From Candidatus Saccharimonadota bacterium (GTDB lineage Bacteria; Patescibacteriota; Saccharimonadia; Saccharimonadales; Saccharimonadaceae), in contig JACPYF010000010.1 of the NCBI GenBank assembly GCA_016196195.1, forward strand, positions 4,110 through 68,109: a stretch of DNA of 64,000 bases. Reading direction: 5' to 3'. A model generated the notes under the pieces. It was not told the origin of the DNA, did no database searches, and saw only the letters and a program-made list of their open reading frames with translations. The translations under genes were made by a program, and so were the position numbers. Shown piece after piece: positions 54,821 to 63,025 of this stretch (position 1 is the first letter of the stretch; the number at the start of each line of letters is the position of its first letter).

Positions 54821-54897
54821 TGGTGGGCGATGAGGAATTCGAATCCCCGACCTCCTCAACGTCAATGAGGCGCTCTAGCCAGCTGAGCTAATCGCCC
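54821..54897 (-). tRNA. tRNA-Val (anticodon GAC), CCA encoded
   Basis: The reverse complement folds as GGGCGAT-TA-GCTC-AGCTGGCTA-GAGC-G-CCTCA-TTGACGT-TGAGG-AGGTC-GGGGA-TTCGAAT-TCCTC-ATCGCCC-A-CCA. Confidence 0.9.
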
Positions 54898-54963
54898 GCG
54901 CAAACAACAGCATAGCAAAAACAGAGGCCACACGCAATTGCCTCGTGTTACAATTGTAGGCAT

Positions 54964-56808
54964 ATGAGTGATAACGATAAACTACAAGCTATGCGTCACA
55001 GCTTAGCCCATATCACTGCTGCAGCAGTGCAAAGGCTGTGGCCACAAGCCAAATTTGGCGTTGGTCCAGTGGTCAAAGACGGCTTTTACTATGATATAGA
55101 CATCGACAAAGTCACTATTTCTACGGATGATTTTGCCAAAATTGAGGCTGAAATGCGCAAAATTATAGAGGAAAAGCAGGCATTTGAGCGTAGTGAAAAA
55201 CAAATTGACGATGCTATTGGCTGGGCAAAAGAAGCCAAACAGCCTTACAAAGAGGAGTTACTGAATGATCTGAAGCGATCCGGCACCACTGTTGCTAGTG
55301 ATTTGAATGCTGATGAGCTAGGAACCATAGCCGACGGCGAAGGTGTCGTAGAAAATGTTAGTTTTTATACTAATGGTGATTTTACCGACCTCTGTCGGGG
55401 ACCACATGTTGGCAGTACGAGCGAAGTTGGTGCGTTCAAGCTACTTCGAGTTGCCGGTGCGTACTGGCGCGGCAAAGAAACAAATCCACAAATGCAACGT
55501 TTATATGGGGTGGCATTTGAAACTAAAGAGCAGCTAGATCACTATTTAGAGCTGCAAGAACAAGCAAAACAGCGTGATCACCGTAAATTAGGCAAAGAGT
55601 TAGACCTTTTTGTGACGTCAGAACTAGTTGGCTCTGGGTTACCTCTGTTTACGCCTCGAGGAACAGTGCTCCGCGAAGAATTAACAGAGTATTCGAACGA
55701 CCTACGCGAGAACTATGGTTTTGAAAAGGTTTGGATACCGCACATCACAAAGACTGCCTTATACGAAAAGTCTGGTCACCAGGCAAAATTTGGTGACGAG
55801 CTGTTTTTGGTTAAAAGCCAAGAGACCTCCGATGAATTTGTACTAAAACCGATGAATTGCCCGCATCACACACGTATTTATGCCAGCAAACCTCGTAGTT
55901 ATCGAGATCTGCCGGTTCGATACCTCGAGACCACCACCGTTTATCGCGACGAAAAAACAGGGGAGTTGGGTGGATTATCACGTGTTCGCTCGATTACCCA
56001 AGACGATAGCCATGTATTTTGTCGAGGCGACCAAATAGAGCAAGAAATAGCTAATTTACTGGCCGCTGCTAGTGAAATATACAAGGCAGTTGGCATGGAT
56101 CTACGTGTTCGCCTCAGTTATCGTGACGATAGCGATGGCTATTTAGGTGACCCGGCTCTATGGAAAACAGCCCAAGACCAGCTAAGGAACGCTGTTGAAG
56201 CCAACGGACTAAAGTATTTCGAAGTCGAGGGCGAAGCTGCGTTTTATGGTCCAAAGATAGACTTTATGGCGACTGATGCGCTAGAGCGCGAACATCAACT
56301 GGCGACTGTACAGCTAGATTTTGTCCAACCTGACAGATTTGAGCTCGAATACATCAGTGATGATGGCTCGCGTCAGACTCCGGTTATGATTCATTGTGCA
56401 TTATTAGGTTCTGTCGAAAGATTCCTGAGTGTTTATATTGAACATACAGGCGGAAAGTTCCCGGTTTGGCTAGCTCCAGAGCAAATTCGGGTTATTCAGG
56501 TCAAAGATAGTCCAGAACTTGACGCTTTTGTTGATAAACTAGTCGCTTTAGCCAAAGAGAACAAGGTTCGAATAGTCGTGGATCGCACGAACGAGTCTGT
56601 CGGCAAGAAGATCCGAGCAGCTGAGGTATTAAAAGTGCCATATAGTGTAGTAATAGGTGAAAAAGAACTAGAAACTGGTAAATTAACACCTAGAGTCAGA
56701 AAAGACCTAGCAGTTGAAGGTCGCCAAGACGAAGCTTATGAGCTAGAAAAACTCATAAGTTCTATCGCCAACGAGGTTCGCTCCCGCGCCCAAAATTCTT
56801 CTATATGA
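54964..56808 (+). CDS. thrS: threonyl-tRNA synthetase (no N-terminal TGS domain)
   Basis: Editing-domain HSLAHI, class II motifs (FVLKPMNCPHH; GLSRVRSITQDDSHVF; YGPKIDF), and C-terminal anticodon-binding domain. Confidence 0.93.
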   Translation: MSDNDKLQAMRHSLAHITAAAVQRLWPQAKFGVGPVVKDGFYYDIDIDKVTISTDDFAKIEAEMRKIIEEKQAFERSEKQIDDAIGWAKEAKQPYKEELLNDLKRSGTTVASDLNADELGTIADGEGVVENVSFYTNGDFTDLCRGPHVGSTSEVGAFKLLRVAGAYWRGKETNPQMQRLYGVAFETKEQLDHYLELQEQAKQRDHRKLGKELDLFVTSELVGSGLPLFTPRGTVLREELTEYSNDLRENYGFEKVWIPHITKTALYEKSGHQAKFGDELFLVKSQETSDEFVLKPMNCPHHTRIYASKPRSYRDLPVRYLETTTVYRDEKTGELGGLSRVRSITQDDSHVFCRGDQIEQEIANLLAAASEIYKAVGMDLRVRLSYRDDSDGYLGDPALWKTAQDQLRNAVEANGLKYFEVEGEAAFYGPKIDFMATDALEREHQLATVQLDFVQPDRFELEYISDDGSRQTPVMIHCALLGSVERFLSVYIEHTGGKFPVWLAPEQIRVIQVKDSPELDAFVDKLVALAKENKVRIVVDRTNESVGKKIRAAEVLKVPYSVVIGEKELETGKLTPRVRKDLAVEGRQDEAYELEKLISSIANEVRSRAQNSSI

Positions 56809-57356
56809 CCAAAAAAGAGATAATAGCTGTTGATATTGACGACGTACTGGCGACAAATGCTGAAGGCTTTGTGGAATTTAGCAACAAAAGATGGGGCACA
56901 AACCTAGTGCCAAGCGACTATCACGATCATTGGGCTGAACTTTGGGGTGTAGAAAATCATGAGGCAGTTGCACGAGCAGATGTTCTGGTCAAAGACGGTG
57001 TTTTCAGGAGCTACAATCACTTAGAAGATGCCTTGCCGGTCCTGAGTAAATTATCCAAAAGATTTGACCTAGTAGTTGTTAATTTCAAAGGTCTATTTAA
57101 AGAAGTATATTTTGCTGGTATATGGGATGAAATAACTAACCATTCGGCTCAAAAAGGAAAAGGTGATCTATTGAAGGAAATCGGAGCTCACTATCTGATA
57201 GATGACCAAATAAAGCATTGTAAAACGGCTGCAGAACATGACATAGAGGCGCTGCTTTTTGGTAACTATAGCTGGAATAGGGCTGAAGATCTGCCTGCGG
57301 GCGTTCATAGGGTCAGTAATTGGCGAGGTGTAGCGGAGTTTTTTGATGCAAGATAG
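56805..57356 (+). CDS. HAD-superfamily 5'(3')-deoxyribonucleotidase-like protein
   Basis: IIAVDIDDVLA motif I of NT5C-like phosphatases. ATGA overlap with thrS. Confidence 0.5.
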   Translation: MTKKEIIAVDIDDVLATNAEGFVEFSNKRWGTNLVPSDYHDHWAELWGVENHEAVARADVLVKDGVFRSYNHLEDALPVLSKLSKRFDLVVVNFKGLFKEVYFAGIWDEITNHSAQKGKGDLLKEIGAHYLIDDQIKHCKTAAEHDIEALLFGNYSWNRAEDLPAGVHRVSNWRGVAEFFDAR

Positions 57357-57669
57357 CAATATAGGCAGCTTTAAAGAGCAGGTTTATTCGCTTGTTGCCC
57401 AAATACCCAGCGGGCGGGTGATGACTTATGGTGATATTGCAGCTCTATGCGGCCAGGCCGCTGCCTCGCGTATTGTCGGTGGGTTAGCACATTTTGGTCC
57501 GACCGAGCTACCTTGGCATAGAGTCGTTAATAGATTTGGCGGATTGGCTGCTGGTTATTACGGAGGTAAAGTCGGACATCAAAAGGCACTAGAAGCCGAA
57601 GGTTTTAAAATTGATAATTTCACGGTGGTAGATTTCGAGGCAAAGAGATGGACACCAAGCAGCCGCTAA
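57343..57669 (+). CDS. alkyltransferase-like (ATL) protein: MGMT fold with Trp replacing the acceptor Cys
   Basis: IPSGRVMTYGDIAA...LPWHRVVN. The canonical PCHRV is PWHRV here. Confidence 0.8.
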   Translation: MMQDSNIGSFKEQVYSLVAQIPSGRVMTYGDIAALCGQAAASRIVGGLAHFGPTELPWHRVVNRFGGLAAGYYGGKVGHQKALEAEGFKIDNFTVVDFEAKRWTPSSR

Positions 57670-58517
57670 TTGTAATAACCGGTCCAACCGCTAGCGGTAA
57701 AAGTGATGTGGCAATGAAATTAGCGCTGAAATATAGCGGTGAAATCATATGTGCCGACTCTAGAACCGTCTATAAAGGCATGGATATAGGCACTGCCAAG
57801 CCTAGCCGACAGGATCAACGGCTAGTTCCACATCATTTGCTGGATGTAGTCGAGCCAAATGAACGATTTACTGCCGCTGATTTTCAAAGATTAGCTATAA
57901 AGGCGATTGATGACATACGTTCACGCAGCAAGATACCATTTTTGGTTGGCGGAACTGGCCTATATATAGATAGTGTTATCCTCGATTATAAATTTGACAA
58001 GGATCACGACCCAAAGCTACGAGAAAAGCTCGAAGCTATGAGCCTAGAGGAGCTTTATACTTATTGCAAAACTAACAACATTGATTTGCCCGAAAATCAC
58101 AAGAATAAAAGGCATGTTGTAAGAAATATTGAACGTGGTGATGCTGTTGTGAGAAGTAACGAACAAAAAATAAACACAAGCATTGTTGTAGCAGTAGCAA
58201 CAGAAAAAGACGTACTACGTAACAGAATTGTTCAGCGAACTGAACACATTTTTGAAAGCGGAGTAGTCAAAGAGGCAAAATTGTTGGGCGAAAAGTATGG
58301 GTGGAATAGTGAATCCATGACCGGAAATATATACCCAATCATGCACAAAGTTTTAAATAACGAGCTAACGATTGACCAAGCTAAGGAAAAAAATGTTACT
58401 CAGGATTGGCGACTGGCCAAACGACAAATAACGTGGTTAAAACGCAACAAGTTTGTTCAGTGGATGCCGCCTGATGAGGTATATCCGTATATTTCAGAGT
58501 ATTTAGAAGCTCGCTAA
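57648..58517 (+). CDS. miaA: tRNA dimethylallyltransferase
   Basis: P-loop ITGPTASGKS, DSRTVYKGMDIGTAKP, VPHHLLD, GGTGLYI. Confidence 0.92.
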   Translation: MDTKQPLIVITGPTASGKSDVAMKLALKYSGEIICADSRTVYKGMDIGTAKPSRQDQRLVPHHLLDVVEPNERFTAADFQRLAIKAIDDIRSRSKIPFLVGGTGLYIDSVILDYKFDKDHDPKLREKLEAMSLEELYTYCKTNNIDLPENHKNKRHVVRNIERGDAVVRSNEQKINTSIVVAVATEKDVLRNRIVQRTEHIFESGVVKEAKLLGEKYGWNSESMTGNIYPIMHKVLNNELTIDQAKEKNVTQDWRLAKRQITWLKRNKFVQWMPPDEVYPYISEYLEAR

Positions 58518-58570
58518 AATTGAACAAAAATGATATCATTAGTATCAAACCAGGAGGAAAATAACAGACA

Positions 58571-59170
58571 ATGATCGATACCTTATTTGGCTCAAAAACA
58601 CGCGTCAAATTGCTGTATTTGTTTCTAAATAACCCCGGTAGGGCCTTTTATGTACGCGAGATCACTCGTAGGGTAGATGAACAAATAAATTCCGTCCGCC
58701 GTGAGCTAGCAAATATGCTAAATGTAGGTGTGATAAAGAGCGATAGTGTAGATGTAGACAACAAACTGTACTACGAAGTGGATATTGATTATGTTCACTA
58801 CAAACCTCTAAAACAGATCTTTTCTGACAAATCTAGCTCTAGTGAGATCAGCTCGGAAATCGCTAGCACAACAGACTGGCCAAAGAGGCTCAAGCATCTA
58901 ACTGGGGTAAAGGCTGTAATATTGAGCGGTTCATTTGTATCAGGGGCACACAGTAAGGTGGATCTGCTGATAGTAGGCACTATTCCAAAAGCCAAACTAA
59001 AGAAATTTATGAAAGATCTAGAAGAGGATGAACATCGCAGCCTTAACTATGCAACGTTAAAATATGATGATTTCAGCTACCGCCTAGGCGTAAAAGACCG
59101 CTTTGTATCAGAGATTATCGACGGAAAGCATGTTGTAGCGTTGGATGTTAATGGAATAGTTAGTAAATAA
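58571..59170 (+). CDS. winged-helix plus nucleotidyltransferase-like domain protein
   Basis: N-terminal ArsR-like wHTH (KTRVKLLYLFLNNPGRAFYVREITRRV) and C-terminal ILSGSFVSGAHSKVDLLIVG, resembling the GS-x-DxD minimal NTase motif (only one Asp). Confidence 0.5.
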   Translation: MIDTLFGSKTRVKLLYLFLNNPGRAFYVREITRRVDEQINSVRRELANMLNVGVIKSDSVDVDNKLYYEVDIDYVHYKPLKQIFSDKSSSSEISSEIASTTDWPKRLKHLTGVKAVILSGSFVSGAHSKVDLLIVGTIPKAKLKKFMKDLEEDEHRSLNYATLKYDDFSYRLGVKDRFVSEIIDGKHVVALDVNGIVSK

Positions 59171-59187
59171 GGAGATAAATACCGAAA

Positions 59188-59811
59188 ATGGAAATCGAAT
59201 ATAAAGGCGCAACTACAATAACAATCAAATCTGGCTCAGCAGTTAATGTAGTAGTTGATCCAAAGCTATCTAGTGTAGGCCAAAAAGACGTTAAATTAAC
59301 AGGTGCCATAGAGCTAGTTACTGATGCAGATCAAGCTATCGATACAGATCAAAAGATTCTAATCAGCGGTGCAGGTGAGTACGAAGTATCAGGCGTCTCC
59401 ATCAAGGGTGTATCAATACCGCGCTACAAAGACGGCGAACGTAAAGTAACCGCATATAAACTAGAGCTAAGCGGTACCAGAGTAGCGATACTTGGTCACG
59501 TGAACGACTCTTTGGACGAAGTGCAGCTAGAGAGCATTGGTGTTATTGATGTTCTAGCACTACCAGTTGGCGGTAACGGTTATACGCTAGACTCTCACGC
59601 CGCCGCCAAGATCGTTAACCAGATAGATCCGAAAATTGTGATACCTATGCACTACAAGGACAGCGCAGTTAAATATGAGGTTGATCAGGATGACCTATCT
59701 AGCTTTCTAAAAGATCTAGGCGCTCAAGAGCATGAAGTGGTAGACAAGCTGAAAATAAAAAACGGGGCTATGCCCGCTGTCAGAACAGTTTTTGAGATAA
59801 AGCGAAGCTAG
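59188..59811 (+). CDS. MBL-fold (Lactamase_B_3-like) protein
   Basis: Length and pattern IEYKGATTITIK...VDP...ILGHVN...LALPVGG...IVIPMHY resemble UPF0173-type MBL-fold proteins. No clear HxHxDH motif is seen. Confidence 0.45.
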   Translation: MEIEYKGATTITIKSGSAVNVVVDPKLSSVGQKDVKLTGAIELVTDADQAIDTDQKILISGAGEYEVSGVSIKGVSIPRYKDGERKVTAYKLELSGTRVAILGHVNDSLDEVQLESIGVIDVLALPVGGNGYTLDSHAAAKIVNQIDPKIVIPMHYKDSAVKYEVDQDDLSSFLKDLGAQEHEVVDKLKIKNGAMPAVRTVFEIKRS

Positions 59812-60011
59812 TTAGCTTTTGCTAGGACGCCCTTTTTCTTTAGGGTTCGGATAGCTTGAGTGCTGAGAGTCATAGTGACTTTTTTACCATCAAGCATGAA
59901 TGTTTTCTTTTGTAAGTTAGGTTTGAAAACCCGTTTTGTGCGACGCAAAGAAAAGCTCACATTGTGGCCGTGCTGCTTACCTTTACCTGTTAACTCGCAT
60001 CTTGCTGCCAT
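59808..60011 (-). CDS. rpmB: 50S ribosomal protein L28
   Basis: MAARCELTGKGKQHGHNVSFSLRRTKRVFKPNLQKK. Confidence 0.92.
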   Translation of the reverse strand: MAARCELTGKGKQHGHNVSFSLRRTKRVFKPNLQKKTFMLDGKKVTMTLSTQAIRTLKKKGVLAKAN

Positions 60012-60099
60012 TTGGGGTTTCCTTTTTACAGTTCAGTAATCAATATTATCACCTTGCATAACAGAAGTCAACGCTTTAGTTTGCTATACTAAAATGCAC

Positions 60100-60735
60100 A
60101 TGGATATAAATTTACTTCAGATCTTTATTTTACTAGTAGTCATTTTGATTTCGATGACCCTGCACGAAATGACCCATGCTTACGTTGGCTACTGGCTAGG
60201 TGACGATACGGCTAAGCATCAAGGACGATTGACTATTAACCCGTTAGCTCATATTGACCCGTTTTTGACTATATTGCTGCCGATATTGTTGGCCGTAACA
60301 GGCGCACCGATATTCGGTGGAGCAAAGCCAGTGCCCTTTAATCCACATAATGTTCGCTGGGGAGAGTTTGGGGCAATGCTAGTCGGTATATCTGGTCCAA
60401 TTAGCAATCTTGTTTTGGCATTCCTTGGGTTTGCTTTGTTGCCGATCGTAGGGCTAGATACGGTTGGTGGGGGTATTTTATTGATCTGGGTGTACGTCAA
60501 CCTAGGTTTCTTTATATTTAATATACTGCCAATCCCGCCACTCGACGGATCTAGGTTGCTGTATTACTTAGCGCCTGAAAATGTCAGGAGAGTGCTCTCT
60601 AGCGTAGAACAGTACGGCTTGATAATTGTTTTTGCAGTAATATTACTGTTCTCGCAGTACTTAACTATGTACATGCAGGCAGCGATCAACTTCTTTTTGC
60701 GCATTTTCGCAGCGATCTTTGGTGTAGTGATATAA
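60100..60735 (+). CDS. site-2 protease family (M50) membrane metalloprotease
   Basis: HEMTHAY (HExxH) and NILPIPPLDGSRLL (NxxPxxxLDG). ATG 60100 is preferred (9 nt after TATACT). 60094 is an alternative start. Confidence 0.8.
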   Translation: MDINLLQIFILLVVILISMTLHEMTHAYVGYWLGDDTAKHQGRLTINPLAHIDPFLTILLPILLAVTGAPIFGGAKPVPFNPHNVRWGEFGAMLVGISGPISNLVLAFLGFALLPIVGLDTVGGGILLIWVYVNLGFFIFNILPIPPLDGSRLLYYLAPENVRRVLSSVEQYGLIIVFAVILLFSQYLTMYMQAAINFFLRIFAAIFGVVI

Positions 60736-60925
60736 TTAAACCAGCCCCTAGCAAAGGTGCATAGATTTTTCTTAACAGGATATTTATAGGGAGTTCAATA
60801 TTATATTACTTCGTGGAGTAATGATGAGAACACCCACCTTGCATAAAAGCGAGGAAATGTCGTGCACCGCAGTCCGGGGGTTAAATATTGATGAACTAAC
60901 ACAGGAAAACTAAAAGAATTTATTT

Positions 60926-61798
60926 ATGAGACAAAAAATTTCAGTCCGAGCAATGGTAAAACAAGATGGCAAAATATTACTGGCTCGACGTGCGACAGGT
61001 AGATCATCAATATTAGGTAAATACGAGCTTCCGGGTGGAAGCGTAGAATTCAGGGAGCAGCCCAACGAAGCTTTGGCGCGCTATTTAAACAATCATTTTT
61101 CAGTCGGCATAGAGACTTCACAGCTTTTCGATGTTGTTAGCTTTATAGATCCCGATGATACTGATATTCAGTATGTGTTCGTTGTTTACCTAGTTAGCTT
61201 AAAAGCGGGCGAGAGCAGTATAAAACTTAGTCCACGCTACAATAAATACACTTGGCAAAAGTTGTCAAACGTACAACTCAATGAACTTACAAATTCAACT
61301 CAAATTTTGCTAGGACTAGATGATGATGAACAGCCTACTCTGTTTCATGACGTTGAACATGTTCAATCTGATGTTGAAACAACATCGAATGATTCATTAA
61401 TTTTGTATTCAGATGGTGGATCGCGCGGTAACCCCGGTCCGAGTGCGGCTGCTTTTGTAGTCATGAATAGTCGCGAGCAAGTAATTGCAGATGGTGGCTC
61501 GTACTTAGGTGTAACCACAAACAATCAGGCAGAATATCAGGCCGTGTACTTTGGGTTAAAGAAAGCCAGTGAGATGGGCGCTCAGGTAGTGGACTTTCGA
61601 CTAGACAGCAACCTAGTAGTCAATCAGTTAAACGGTGTCTACAAGATTAAAAATCGAGATCTTTGGCCTATATATGAACAAATAAAACTACTGGTGCCAA
61701 AGTTCAGAAAAGTCACATTTTCACATGTTCGTAGAGAGTTTAACCAGTTAGCAGATGGTCTGGTAAACAAGATTCTAGACGAGCAGGCTGGAAAATAA
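60926..61798 (+). CDS. fusion protein: degenerate Nudix domain plus RNase HI domain
   Basis: Nudix-like GGSVEFREQPNEALARYLNNH (the REUXEE glutamates are lost). RNase H DEDD residues are present in YSDGGSRGNPG, NNQAEYQA, LDSNLVVNQ, NQLADGL. Confidence 0.75.
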   Translation: MRQKISVRAMVKQDGKILLARRATGRSSILGKYELPGGSVEFREQPNEALARYLNNHFSVGIETSQLFDVVSFIDPDDTDIQYVFVVYLVSLKAGESSIKLSPRYNKYTWQKLSNVQLNELTNSTQILLGLDDDEQPTLFHDVEHVQSDVETTSNDSLILYSDGGSRGNPGPSAAAFVVMNSREQVIADGGSYLGVTTNNQAEYQAVYFGLKKASEMGAQVVDFRLDSNLVVNQLNGVYKIKNRDLWPIYEQIKLLVPKFRKVTFSHVRREFNQLADGLVNKILDEQAGK

Positions 61799-61810
61799 GG
61801 TATACTAATA

Positions 61811-61932
61811 GAGGTAGATCATTGGGCAATCGCTTGCTAACGCGAGAGGAAAGTCCGGGCAGCATAGGGCACGACAGTTGCTAACGGCAACCGGGGGCGA
61901 CCCTAGGGAAAGTGCCACAGAAACCAAAAGGT
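61811..61932 (+). ncRNA. rnpB: RNase P RNA (bacterial type A) 5' fragment only
   Basis: GAGGAAAGTCCGGGC (61846-61860, CR-I/P4 5' strand), CATAGGGCA, and AGTGCCACAGAAA (61911-61923, CR-II) align closely with E. coli M1 RNA. No P12-P18 or CR-V (ACAGAACCCGGCTTA) follows. Confidence 0.75.
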
Positions 61933-62234
61933 TCGTTAGCTGCAAGTTCGCTTAGGATCTTGCGATCTAGTTCGATATTCTTTTTCTTTAAAGCATTTAT
62001 CAATTGACCGTAGGTTGTGCCGTTTTCACGAGCAGCGGCGTTGATACGGGTTATCCATAGGCCGCGTAGGTCTCGTTTTCGGTTACGTCGGTCGCGGTAT
62101 GCGTACTGAAGTGAACGAATAACAGCTTGCTTGGCAAGGCGGAAGCTTCTAGTTCGGTTATGCTGCATGCCTTTTGCGCGCTTTAGCATTTTCTTGTGTT
62201 TTGCGCGTGTGGTTACGCCTCGTTTTACTCTCAT
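61881..62234 (-). CDS. rplT: 50S ribosomal protein L20 (C-terminal approximately 12 aa encoded antisense to the rnpB fragment)
   Basis: [22 protein letters not shown]...[26 protein letters not shown]. The tail [12 protein letters not shown] is unlike L20 ends. Confidence 0.9.
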   Translation of the reverse strand: MRVKRGVTTRAKHKKMLKRAKGMQHNRTRSFRLAKQAVIRSLQYAYRDRRNRKRDLRGLWITRINAAARENGTTYGQLINALKKKNIELDRKILSELAANEPFGFCGTFPRVAPGCR

Positions 62235-62238
62235 ATCT

Positions 62239-62433
62239 CTATGCTCCTATGACTCTCTTGATATTCTTGCGGATTGATCCTGTGATTTCAGCGCTTGATC
62301 CGATACGTCGCTTGCGACTAGCACTCTTTTTAGCGAGCATATGTCCACCAAAGGCGCGACGACGCAAAAGCTTGCCAGTGCCGGTCTTTTTGATCCGCTT
62401 GGCAGTTCCTTTATGAGTTTTCATCTTTGGCAT
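62239..62433 (-). CDS. rpmI: 50S ribosomal protein L35
   Basis: [33 protein letters not shown]. Confidence 0.93.
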   Translation of the reverse strand: MPKMKTHKGTAKRIKKTGTGKLLRRRAFGGHMLAKKSASRKRRIGSSAEITGSIRKNIKRVIGA

Positions 62434-62434
62434 T

Positions 62435-62941
62435 CTATTTACTCCTTACAGTAATACTTAGGTTTCTACCAGCCATACTAGGCTGTTGTTCGGTCACGAT
62501 TTCGTCACCAAGAATTTCTTGTACCTTCTTGATCATTACAAAACCTAGGTCTTTGTGGGCCATTTCTCGTCCTTTAAAGACGACGGTTAGCCTGACCTTA
62601 TGACCTTCTTCTAGAAACTTGCGCACTTTTCGGAGTTTGATATCAAGATCGTTTGCGCCAATTTTTAGGCCAATTCGGATCTGTTTCATCTCGCTTGGCT
62701 TGCTTTTGGCGCGAGCTTTTTGCAGCTCTTTCGTCTTTTGGTACTGATACTTGCCCCAGTCTATGACCTTGGCAACCGGGGGATTGGCAGCTGGTGATAT
62801 CTCAACCAAGTCCAACCCAGCGTCTTCAGCGGCTTTTAGAGCTTCCTGACGAGACAAAATACCTATTTGTTCGCCGCTCTCTCCTATAACCCGTAACTCT
62901 GAGGCGCGAATGGCCTCGTTGATACGTACCGATTTATTGAT
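62435..62941 (-). CDS. infC: translation initiation factor IF-3, non-AUG (ATC) start
   Basis: The frame is open up to a TGA at 62948-62950. The upstream codons read (I)NKSVRINEAIRASELRVIGESGEQIGILSRQEAL, the conserved IF-3 N-domain. AGGAG lies 9 nt before ATC 62941. Confidence 0.85.
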   Translation of the reverse strand: MNKSVRINEAIRASELRVIGESGEQIGILSRQEALKAAEDAGLDLVEISPAANPPVAKVIDWGKYQYQKTKELQKARAKSKPSEMKQIRIGLKIGANDLDIKLRKVRKFLEEGHKVRLTVVFKGREMAHKDLGFVMIKKVQEILGDEIVTEQQPSMAGRNLSITVRSK

Positions 62942-63025
62942 CTTGAATCACTCCTATTAACGTTTATTATTAGTTCCTATGCAGGCATTTTAACAGATTA
63001 ACTATTGGGGTGCAAGGGGTTGTTG

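Noticed and set aside
60736-60925. Riboswitch in the 190-nt spacer before the Nudix-RNase H gene
   Set aside because: Some complementary segments exist (GGTGCA/TGCACC, TTACT/AGTAA). I could not match any known riboswitch core, and the pairing is weak. It may simply be a promoter region.
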